From: an uncultured Planctomycetaceae bacterium
GTDB lineage: Bacteria > Planctomycetota > Planctomycetia > Pirellulales > Pirellulaceae
Assembly: GCA_963803365.1 (NCBI GenBank)
Contig: CAWDMH010000011.1
Span: 198,539-262,538 of the forward strand
DNA length: 64,000 bases
Direction: 5' to 3'
Below, one piece after another: positions 10,101 to 18,941 of this stretch. The notes under the pieces were generated by a model. It ran no database searches, had not been told where the DNA came from, and worked only from the letters and a program-made list of their open reading frames with translations. The position numbers and the translations under genes are program-made. The first letter of the stretch is position 1. Each line of letters starts with the position of its first letter.

Positions 10101-10135
10101 GGCTGCCCCCTTCTTTCGATTACGAGCACGAGCAC
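9687..10135. repeat. perfect 19-bp inverted repeat pair (CGATTACGAGCACGAGCAC) bracketing the four-helix-bundle gene core
   Basis: gtgctcgtgctcgtaatcg at 9687-9705 is the exact reverse complement of cgattacgagcacgagcac at 10117-10135. Confidence 0.95.
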
Positions 10136-10250
10136 GGATGATTCATTGCCGGAACGACTAATACGGCAGACTATCACGGGAAAAACGAGGAAGCAATGGA
10201 AGCGTTACGGTCATCGCGGATAACGCCTCATGGTGATCGGCTACGCAGCC

Positions 10251-10394
10251 TAGCAGCTCATTGAAAAACGATTCCTCTCAACAACCATACCGAATGTCAT
10301 TCGCGCGACGGCAGGAATCCGGCGAAGATTAACGCTCGCATTATTGGATCCCCGCCTTCGCGGGGATGACGAATCCTTTCTCAACGGGCTGCTA
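10251..10394. mobile_element. MITE family A, complete copy A3 (TA-flanked)
   Basis: The left end is TA gcagctcattgaaaaacg and the right end is ctcaacgggctgc TA. Internal hairpins are gaatgtcattcgcgcgacggcaggaatcc and ggatccccgccttcgcggggatgac. Confidence 0.85.
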
Positions 10395-10486
10395 ATAGAG
10401 AAGTTTCAAACGAATGCAGAACTTGAGTCTTTAGCAGAAAGAGTCGCGAAGCCTTGGGGTCGATGGCGGGAAATACCCAAAGCGAT

Positions 10487-11391
10487 TCAGTGCGAGCGAT
10501 CTCGCGATGTCGGTAGCGGCAGCCATTGATTGGCCAGACAGACGAACAAGCCCGCTCCGATCATGTCGGCAGTCGTGCCTGGGTTGCGACGATGGCCGTC
10601 GCTGCGCAGCCAAAAATCCAATGTCGACAAGCCGCGCAGGTATTCCGGGCTCGACGGCGCCGGATGTCGCAGGACTTCTGCCGCCAGGGCCGCTGCTTTG
10701 CAAGCGGTTTCGGCTCCGCATTTTCGGGCGATAAGACTATCCGGGTACCGAGCCATCGTCTGCACATGGGTGTGAATCACACTCTCCGTGAGCGACCAGC
10801 CGCGCTGCAACGACTCGCAAATGGCCGGCGCGACAAAATCAAACACATCGACAAAACTGCGAACGTATTGCGCGGCAATCAAATCGCGATCGGACGCCTC
10901 TTGCATTGCGACCAACAAGTCCTCCGGCGGATCGCCGTGCACATCGTACCGATCGGCCGAGCCCAAACCGCCGGGTGACGCCATTCGAATCGCTTGATAA
11001 ACGTCCGCAGCGTCTTGCCGAGTAAGCTGTTGAAGGCAGGTCGCAACCGCGGCTTTTTCCAAGGGGCCTTTTGGATCGTCCGCGCACGCTTTGGCCAAAG
11101 GCGATAACAACAAGATCAATCCCAGGTTCGTGTTCGTCCCGACCCACACCCGCGTCCGCTCAACCGAATCCCATATCAATCGGCCGACGGGCAGCGAATC
11201 GGCGTTTCGCAGGACTTCGGCGAAGACCTGGCGCTGATAACGAAATCCTCGAAGGAAGTCGACTCGAAGTCGGCGCCGCGATGGACGTTGCCAGGTTTTG
11301 GCACCGTGACTTCCAACAGACACGCCAAAGCGGCGCAGGAAGAGATCGACAGGGCGCCGTCGCCGAAACTCGACTTGTTAGGTTGGTTCAA
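10487..11391 (-). CDS. triphosphoribosyl-dephospho-CoA synthase (CitG/MdcB)-like protein; frame break near 11230
   Basis: ACLLEVTVPKPGNVHRGADFESTSFEDFVISA is in ORF 11176..11391. It continues as VFAEVLRNADSLPVGRLIWDSVERTRVWVGTNTNLGLILLLSPLA in ORF 10487..11323. One extra C in the cc run would join the two frames. The TTG start overlaps the upstream stop (TTGA). Confidence 0.7.
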
Positions 11392-12327
11392 TTCTTTTTA
11401 ACTTCCAACGGATGCCGCTGGACAAACGATTCAATGGCGCCGATGACGTCGTCCGGAGCGTCTTCCAGCACGTAATGCCCAGCCTCGGCAAGTTCGATCG
11501 ATTCGGCCGACGGCAGCAACATCTGGATTCGCTGCAAACATTCTGGGCGAAAACACCAATCGTTCATGCCCCACACGATCAACGCGGGTCGCGAATCGAA
11601 CTCGGGGACTCGCCGCTCGATTTCTTCCAATCGCTTCCACGTTGCGCTCTTTTTGGACAAAGGAATATCTTGCACAAAACGGTGGACGGCAACTCGATTT
11701 CTCCAGTTGTTATACGGTCGCAGCAGACCCTCTCGCGCTTCGGAGCTCAACCCGCCAACTTGGACTGTTGCCTGGTTTGCCGCGGCCCGACAAAACGCAT
11801 TGAATCCGCGAATCAAAATCGAACCAACAATCGGAGTGCGACAAGCCAGAATCCGCCAGGGGACATATGGGGGCGGAAAGCAACCGGTGTTCAACAGGAC
11901 GAGCCTGCGCGATTCGATCGGGAGTCTCCAACGCCGCGCCCAAGCCGATCGGCCCGCCCCAATCATGGACGAACAAAGTGATTTGTCGCAAATCGAGTCG
12001 CCGAATTAGTTCGCTCAAATTGGCAATGTGCCGGTTCAAGCGATACTCGTACCGCTGCGGTTTGTCGCTGAGCCCACAACCCACGTGATCGACCGCCAGA
12101 CAGCGAAACCGATGGCCGAAGTCTTGAATCACCCGCCGATAGTAGAACGACCAGGTCGGGTTGCCGTGCACCATCAACCAAGTTTCCGGTCCCGCCGCGC
12201 CGCTGACCGCATCGCCAGCACCCACCTCGCCGGCATTCACGCCAACACCTGTGTCGACGTAGTGCATTCGCTGCCCGTCAATGGTGATCCAATGTGACCG
12301 TTCCCGGTCTGGAAACGCCGGTTCCAT
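11388..12327 (-). CDS. alpha/beta hydrolase (haloalkane dehalogenase-like fold); frame break near 11911
   Basis: HGNPTWSFYYRRVI...DHVGCGLSDKP...LFVHDWGGPIGLGAALETPDRI is in ORF 11710..12885. It continues as RRLVLLNTG...IVWGMNDWCF...AGHYVLEDAPDDV in ORF 11388..11966. Confidence 0.8.
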
Positions 12328-13309
12328 TACTTGGTAACTCCCGGCGACACGCCTGCTAACTGACAAGTTTCCTGCCAGTTTCTCGCGCCTTGGCTCGCCG
12401 AGCGCCGTGACGCTCCAGGACCCTGCCGCCGCGGCGACCTTGACCGCTTGCTCGTTGGGTAAGCCCCGCACAAGAGCCGCGATGAATCCAGCAACGAAAG
12501 CATCTCCGGCACCCGTCGAATCGACGATCGGCAACGGCGGACAAATCGCCGGTACGCGAACGTACTCCCCAGGGCTAAAGCTCACCACCGAACCGCAGTC
12601 GCCCAACTTCACACCGACCGTCCCGGCGTGCGCCAACTCGCGATATCGAGCGATCATGGACTCGGGGTCGACACAACCGGTTTGATGACGAGCTTCGTCA
12701 GAGTTGGGCAAGTAAAGGTCGACCAATGGCAGCAGATCCGCCAAAGGGTCCAAGCCTCCACCGCTGCCAGCCGTATCCAACGCAACCCTCAACTTCATAC
12801 GCCGCGCCGCAATAAACAAGTCTGCGCAATCCGCGATCGGTCTCTTCAAACAACGAATAATAGCCGAACAACAGCCACCGGGCATTTGGAAACTCGGTCA
12901 ACGTCGCGGCGATTCGCTCGGTCGGAAGTTGCGCCGCCACACCCGCTGAAAACAGGAAGCTCCGTTGTGAGTCATCTCCCACGAGCACGTTCGATACTGA
13001 AGTTGTCCCGCCCTCAACGACGATTAAGCCGTGACAGTCGATCGACGCGCTTTCCAACTTCTCGCGGAGAAATCGCCCCCAAACATCATCGCCGACGCAG
13101 GTCACCGCCGCCGTGGAGATTCCCAGACGAGCCAACGTCACTCCCGCGTTTGAAACACACCCGCCAGTCGCCAGGTCGATCTGTTGGACCTTGCGCAACA
13201 CGCCAGCGCCGATCGGCTGGTTCAACGGCGACGGCCACGTCAAGATGTCGACGGTTGCCAGACCGCAAACAATGACGTCCGCATCGGAATTGACTTTCGA
13301 TGAGATCAC
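12327..13309 (-). CDS. PfkB-family carbohydrate/ribokinase-like kinase; frame breaks near 12841 and 12400
   Basis: The N-terminal part (VIVCGLATVDIL...ATGGCVSNAGVTLARLG) is in ORF 12698..13309. DTAGSGGG...LPNSDEA...DSTGAGDAFVAGFIAAL is in ORF 11710..12885. The probable C-terminus (..ASQGARNWQETCQLAGVSPGVTK*) is in ORF 12327..12512, whose TAA overlaps the hydrolase ATG (TAATG). Confidence 0.75.
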
Positions 13310-13407
13310 CCGGTTAATCCATCACGCGATCCTTGATCAACGGGCTTAGACACAAGAATTCGGCAATCGCTTTATAGCGGGTGATGCGTGGCGGCTGAAG
13401 GGGTCAG

Positions 13408-13552
13408 TGTAACCATTCACAAGCCGGGGTCTGGCTCATTTTCGGCCGAATTGTTGGTACTCGAATTTCGCATGCACCGCCGAAAATGTTTCTGACCCCT
13501 TAAAACGCGGGCGACGCATTGGCAACCCGTGAACGCTAACGTGAACGCTAAC
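13408..13552. mobile_element. MITE family E, copy E1, flanked by the 8-bp direct repeat GGGGTCAG
   Basis: It aligns in reverse orientation with E3 and E4. ggggtcag occurs at 13400-13407 and 13553-13560. Confidence 0.8.
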
Positions 13553-13658
13553 GGGGTCAGTCGCCGATCCGGGCATTAAAATTCAAATATGGAACGCGAG
13601 GAAGGCAATCGCCAAGTTGGAAGAAGAATCGCGATTGGATGCTGCCGTCGGCCGATTT

Positions 13659-14297
13659 TCAATGAATGGCGTTTTCACTTTCGTTCTGCGCGAGGTGTTC
13701 GACCGGCTGATTGGCAGGATGAGTCCCATCGTCGCTGCCGATCATCGCTTTGATGCGGGCCACGTCATTAGGGTTTTCAAAGCTAAATAGGTCTTTGGAC
13801 TTATCCATTTGCATGAGCATCCCAGCAATCTTCCAGCCGAACTCGCCACGCTTAAGCATCAACGAGAATTCTTGGGTGTCACCGTTTTCGACGACAACGC
13901 ACGGCACAAAGGCCACCTTTTGTTGCGACGTGGCGTATTCGGGCGTTAGATAGCGATACGTCGCATCGGGTCCGCCAGGCGCTGAGAGTTCCAAGTTGCA
14001 CTCTCGGATGTATTGCATCGCCTTTTGCGTCAGCATCTTTTCTGCCTTCAACAGATTGCCATGCTGCAGGCGATCGATAAAGCAATGGCAGACAAGTTCC
14101 GGGGGCGAATCAATCGCCAGTTCGATCCCGCTCACGGCGTCTTTGGAATCATTTGCGATTTGATCGGTAGTCGCCGCTTTCGACGAATGTGGGTCGCCCG
14201 TGTTCGTCGCCCCACCGCCAGAGTTGCCGGATGGTTTGGAAGAGCAACCACAAACTGCTATGAGGCACAGAAACACTAATGGAGCTTGGCACTTCAT
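13659..14297 (-). CDS. lipoprotein, function unknown
   Basis: It has a lipobox (MKCQAPLVFLCLIAVCGCSS) and an intact 212-aa ORF with ordinary composition. Confidence 0.7.
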   Translation of the reverse strand: MKCQAPLVFLCLIAVCGCSSKPSGNSGGGATNTGDPHSSKAATTDQIANDSKDAVSGIELAIDSPPELVCHCFIDRLQHGNLLKAEKMLTQKAMQYIRECNLELSAPGGPDATYRYLTPEYATSQQKVAFVPCVVVENGDTQEFSLMLKRGEFGWKIAGMLMQMDKSKDLFSFENPNDVARIKAMIGSDDGTHPANQPVEHLAQNESENAIH

Positions 14298-14369
14298 CGT
14301 TGACCCTCCGTGGTCATGACAACCTTGGTTGCATTCGTTGTGCGGAAATTTCGGCGCTGCGTGATGCCG

Positions 14370-14567
14370 TTAGCTGCTCGTTGAAAAAAGACTCGACTCA
14401 ACAACCATACCGAATGTCATTGCCGCGACGGTAGGAATCCAGCGGAAATCAACTCTCGCAACACTGGATCCCCGCCTTCGCGGGGATGACGAATCCTTGT
14501 TCAATATTCACAATACCGGATCCCCGCCTTCGCGAGGATGACGTCTCATTAGTTCAACGGGCTGCTG
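14370..14567. mobile_element. MITE family A, copy A4, with a duplicated GGATCCCCGCCTTCGCGxGGATGAC arm
   Basis: The left end is TA gctgctcgttgaaaaaag and the right end is agttcaacgggctgc. The hairpin arm occurs twice (about 14463-14487 and 14519-14542). Confidence 0.8.
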
Positions 14568-14740
14568 GGACGTAGTGTTTCAGAAAACTGGCATTGCGGT
14601 CAATATCGTTTGAGTGGCGTTTTCGTGCTGTTTTCGTGCTGTTTTCGTGCGTCCTTTCATCAATGTACGCGCACTAGTCCCGATCGCACAGACATGCACT
14701 TCTATTGGTTGGCGAACCATATAACCTGCTCGCGGTGCTG

Positions 14741-14845
14741 TAAGCGTTAACGGGTTGCCAATGCGTTGCACACGTTTTTAGGGGGTCAGGCACATTTTCG
14801 GCGGCTCATGCGACATTCTAGTACCAATCATTGGGCCGAAAGGCC
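14741..14845. mobile_element. MITE family E, truncated copy E2
   Basis: taagcgttaacgggttgccaatgcgttgcacacgtttttagggggtcaggcacattttcggcggctcatgcgacattctagtaccaatcattgggccgaaa aligns with E3, but the right third is missing. Confidence 0.75.
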
Positions 14846-14987
14846 CGCGCATCAGGCTGCCAGTTCTTCTTAAAAACGCCCTACGACCCAAACGCCCTTC
14901 TGTTGTTGGTCGAACAAGTGCTGGCCGAATCCGGGAATTGGATGTATGACGGACCTGAATTTGAGTCATGACCCTGCGGCGCGACTA

Positions 14988-15217
14988 CGCGCACTTTCAG
15001 TACTTAGGATCGGACGCAAAATAACTTCGCCGTAAATCCTCGCCCTCACGGGAGAGGCTTACGGAGAAGGTCGACAAAACCGGGAAGTTATTTTCTGTGC
15101 GATCCTTAATTTTGGGGTGCCACTGGCTGTGCCAGTGTACATGAGCGTCGTGCATTGCCGACCCGCACTGGCGAAGCCAGTGGCACACAACCCCAATTCT
15201 AAGACCTGACAAAGCAC
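14988..15217. mobile_element. MITE family D, copy D1 (TA-flanked), interrupted by B2
   Basis: The halves ...gcactttcagtacTTA and TTAattttggggtgccactggc...gacaaagcac join into a full D unit (compare D2, D3 and D5). TA lies at 14986-87 and 15218-19. Confidence 0.8.
15007..15104. mobile_element. MITE family B, copy B2, nested in D1 with a TTA target duplication
   Basis: tta at 15004-15006 and tta at 15105-15107 flank ggatcggacgcaaaataacttc...gaagttattttctgtgcgatcc. Confidence 0.85.
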
Positions 15218-15272
15218 TAGCGGCAGTAGACGAAACCGGCCACGGATGCCGGCGCCTGATTCGTCCCGCGGT

Positions 15273-16773
15273 TTAGGCCAGCAAATCTTTGATCACGTGC
15301 CCGTGAACGTCGGTCAAGCGATAATCGCGACCTTGAAACCGGTACGACAGTCGGTCGTGATCGAAACCGAGCGCATACAGCACCGTCGCTTGCAAGTCGT
15401 GAACGTGCACTGCACCTGGATTCATTTTATCCTTAGTCGGCGCTATCGGTTGTCCGCTGGAATCAGCAATGTTGTATCCGTATTCGTCCGTTTGGCCGTA
15501 CGTCTGGCCGCCTTTGATTCCACCACCGGCCAGCCACATCGAAAAACAACGCGGATGGTGGTCCCGACCATAATCGTTGGCGGTCAAGGTCCCCTGGCAA
15601 TACGAAGTCCGGCCGAATTCACCTCCCCAAATCACCAGCGTTTCGTCGAGCATGCCGCGTTCGCGCAAGTCTTTCACCAACGCTGCCGAAGCCTGGTCGG
15701 TTTCTTGACATTGGCCGCGAATCCCTGCCGGCAAACCGCCGTGTTGATCCCAGCCTTGATGATAAAGTTGAATCATGGGGACGCCGCGCTCGGCCAATCG
15801 CCGTGCCAACAAGCAGTTCGATGCAAACGTCCCCGGTTTGCGCGTCCTCGCCGTATAGCTCGAACGTCGACTCCGGCTCGTCGGACAAATCCGTGACGTC
15901 CGGGACACTCGTTTGCATCCGATAAGCCAACTCGAACTGAGCGATCCGCGATTCGATCTCCGGGTCCAATTCGCTGGCCAACTGTTCGCGGTTCAGTTCG
16001 GCGAGCGAATTCAACATCGCCCGCCGGCCGGATTGGCAGATTCCGTCGGGATTTGACAAGTACAACACCGGGTCCTTGCCGCTGCGAAAACGAACGCCTT
16101 GATAACGAGCGTCCAGGAATCCACTTCCCCAAAGCCGCGAGTACAAGGGCTGATCGCCTTGGCCGGAGGTGACTAACACCACAAACGTGGGCAAATCCAG
16201 CGATACATTTCCCAGGCCATACGAATACCACGAGCCCAGCGAGGGACGCCCCGCGATCTGCGAGCCGGTCTGAAAAAACGTGATCGCGGGATCGTGATTG
16301 ATCGCTTCGGTGAACATCGAGCGCACGATGCAGATTTCGTCCGCGATCTCGGCTGTGTGCGGCAGCAATTCGCTGAGCCATGCTCCACTTTGGCCGTGCT
16401 GCGAGAACTTGAACACCGAACCGGCAATCGGAATCGAAGTCTGATGACTCGACATCCCGGTTAGCCGCTGGTGGCCGCGAACACTCTCCGGAAGTTGCTG
16501 ACCCTGAAGCTTATTCAGCAGCGGCTTGTAATCGAAAAGTTCCTGCTGCGCCGGACCGCCACTTTGAAACAAGTAGATCAGCCGCTTGGCCGTCGGCGGA
16601 TGATGAAAAGGCTCGGCGCCAATCGAGGCAAGGTCGGGGCCGTGAATCCCGCTCGCCACAGCTGGTTTCTGACCTAACAATTGTGCCAAGACGGCGCCGC
16701 CCAACCCGGCGGCGCTGCGGCCGAAAAAATGCCGTCGCGTCAAGTTCGCGAGATATTCCAGACGAATCGACAT
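15273..16773 (-). CDS. DUF1501 (sulfatase-like fold) protein with a twin-arginine signal; frame break near 15840
   Basis: [21 protein letters not shown] is Tat-like. ORF 15619..16773 ends at ..[13 protein letters not shown] 15273..15908 continues [35 protein letters not shown]...[10 protein letters not shown]...GRDHHP. Confidence 0.85.
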
Positions 16774-16800
16774 CGATAAAATCCTCGTCGAATCCGCGTT

Positions 16801-16864
16801 GTGGGCTAATTTGCTTTAGGGTTTGTCCGGCTGGGACAGCCCGACCTACAGCAAACCAGACCAC
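16801..16864. mobile_element. short palindromic element family G, copy G1 (termini GTGGGCTAATTTG / CAAAcCAGaCCAC, central hairpin GTCCGGCTGGGACAGCCCGAC)
   Basis: It is read directly. A second copy lies at 16924-17150, and a related hairpin followed by CTACAG lies at 52588-52612. Confidence 0.6.
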
Positions 16865-16923
16865 TACCCGAGCCTACAACGTCTACCTTAACCCAATCAG
16901 CTTGCTTACGAAAGTGCTCGTAG

Positions 16924-17150
16924 TGGGCTAATTTGACAAAAGCCGACTACATCTAATGCAAATGTTTGTCGGGCTGGTAAGCGTCCACGGGTTGTCAATG
17001 CGCCGCCCACGTTTTCAGGGGGTCAGGCACATTTTCGGCGGCTCATGCAACATTCTCGTACCAAATAATTGGGCCGAAAATGAGCCAGACCCCGGCTCGT
17101 GAACTGTTACATCGGGCTGGGACAGCCCGACAAGCAGCAAATCAGCCCAC
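16924..17150. mobile_element. family G, copy G2, interrupted by E3
   Basis: gtgggctaatttg...tttgtcgggctgg | E3 | (tcgggctgg)gacagcccgacaagcagcaaatcagcccac. Removing E3 and one copy of the duplication restores the G hairpin. Confidence 0.65.
16978..17111. mobile_element. MITE family E, copy E3, nested in G2 with the 9-bp target duplication TCGGGCTGG
   Basis: tcgggctgg occurs at 16969-16977 and 17112-17120. The element body aligns with E1, E2 and E4. Confidence 0.85.
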
Positions 17151-17160
17151 CACCAAGTGC

Positions 17161-17931
17161 TCAATCCGTTTCCTGACGCGGGGCTCGAATCTGGACATGG
17201 TGCCCGGTCAACTCAGCGTGTACCAATCTGGCAAATTCCAGCGAGTCCGCTTGATCTGAATGCAAGCATGCTGTTTCGGCGTTAACGTGAACCGCAGATC
17301 CATCGATGGCTTCGACCGTGCCGGTTTGCAAGATTCGCAACAATCGTCGAGCAGCGTTCGCGGCACCCACGACGACAGCGCCCGCCTCTGAGCGGGAAAC
17401 CAGTGTCCCGTCGCTGAGATAGTGTCGGTCGATAAAGACTTCATTGCATGTGCGCAAACCGACGGCGTTGGCCGCCAGGATCTGTTGGCTTCCCGACAAA
17501 CCGTACAAGATCAGCGAACCGTCAAAAGCGGCGATGGCCGAACACAATCCCGCCGCGACAGCCGAATCTTTGGCCGCCAAATGGTACAACGCTCCGTGCA
17601 GCTTGACGTGCGCCAATTTCGTTCCGGCAGATTCGGCGATTTGAGAGATCCGCTTTAGTTGTTCGGTCACCGACGCGCACATTTGAACGATCGACAGTTG
17701 TAAGTCGCGTCGTCCGAAATGTTCGGGGTCGGCAAATCCGGGGTGGGCTCCGATGGAAATTTGGCATTCAATTGCCGCGTCGATGCATGCACGCATCGTA
17801 CGCTCGCTGCCAGCATGTGCGCCACACGCGATATTGGCCGACGAAATGAAGCGCATCAACTGGCGATCCCGTTCGATCCCGGCGGGACCATCGCCCTCTC
17901 CCAAGTCGCAATTCAGGTCGATCGCCAACAT
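17161..17931 (-). CDS. pxpA: 5-oxoprolinase subunit A (LamB/YcsF family)
   Basis: MLAIDLNCDLGEGDG...FISSANIACGAHAGS...ISIGAHPGFADPEHFGRR is the LamB/YcsF signature. Confidence 0.9.
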   Translation of the reverse strand: MLAIDLNCDLGEGDGPAGIERDRQLMRFISSANIACGAHAGSERTMRACIDAAIECQISIGAHPGFADPEHFGRRDLQLSIVQMCASVTEQLKRISQIAESAGTKLAHVKLHGALYHLAAKDSAVAAGLCSAIAAFDGSLILYGLSGSQQILAANAVGLRTCNEVFIDRHYLSDGTLVSRSEAGAVVVGAANAARRLLRILQTGTVEAIDGSAVHVNAETACLHSDQADSLEFARLVHAELTGHHVQIRAPRQETD

Positions 17932-17934
17932 GAC

Positions 17935-18941
17935 TCACAGTCTAAGTTGAATGCCAACAGCCAGTTTTCGCAGCTCCTGATCGATGCGTGCCGACGCAGC
18001 GTACGCTTCGTTCAAGTTCGTTTGAACGAATTCCAATTCCGTGCCCGGCTTGGCTTGAGCCAACGCGGGCAAGTCGGCAGCAACGACGTAACCGATTTGC
18101 GGGTAACCCCCAGTCGGGGCCGCGTCCGCCATCAGCACCATCGGGCTACCGTCAATCGGCAGTTGAACGGTTCCGGGAGTGGTCGGCATGGAGGGAATTT
18201 CCTCGCGTCGGACGAAACGCAAGGGGGGACCATCGAGGCGAAAGCCAATCCGGCTGCACTTTGGCGTTATGAAAAATCGTTCGCTCAACAACATTTGTTG
18301 GCTTGACTCTGTCAGCCATTCAAAATGAACTCCCTTCAACAGCCGCAGTCGAAGAGGTCTTTTGTGCGTCGCCGCATCCTCAATGGCCGACGACCAATGA
18401 ACGGTCGCAACAGGAGAGTTGACGGTTTGGGAATTGCAAAGCGATTCGATTTGCTTTCCCAAATCGGTCGGCGGACCAATTGCGATTCGGTCGCCGGCCC
18501 GCAAGGCGCGACCTTGAAAACCGCCAAAGCCGCTTTGCAAATGCGTGCCGCAGCCGCCCAAGACGGTTTCCACGTCGAGGCCGCCGCCGCTGGACAGATA
18601 GGCAAAATTGCCCGATCGACTCGGTTGAAAGCGAATGTTCATTTGCGCCGCGAATGCGCACCGGTCGATTCAACGGCACGCGGCCGCCGCCGGCGACTGG
18701 GTGCAAATCCTGCGCCGGTGATGGCGATCAACGTCGGCTCGGAAAAGCTGAGTTCCGTTCCATACAGGGCGATCTCGATGAGCGGCGTTGTCTCAGCGTT
18801 TCCGACTAGGTTGTTGGCAAGTCGGGCGGATAGGCTGTCCATCACGCCCCCAACGCAAACCCCGATGGCTTGATAACCGTGACGACCCAAGTCCTGCACC
18901 GTGGCACAGAAACCGCCTTGTTGAACCTGTAGTTGATTCAC
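17935..18941 (-). CDS. pxpC: 5-oxoprolinase subunit C (allophanate hydrolase subunit 2 / KipA family); frame breaks near 18700 and 18643
   Basis: FCATVQDLGRHGYQAIGVCVGGVMD...LIAITGAGFAP is in ORF 18639..18941. An intermediate frame reads VAGGGRVPLNRPVRIRGA. ORF 17935..18642 then reads NIRFQPSRSGNFAYLSSGGGLDV...GFGGFQGRALRAGDRI...PTGGYPQIG. Confidence 0.85.
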
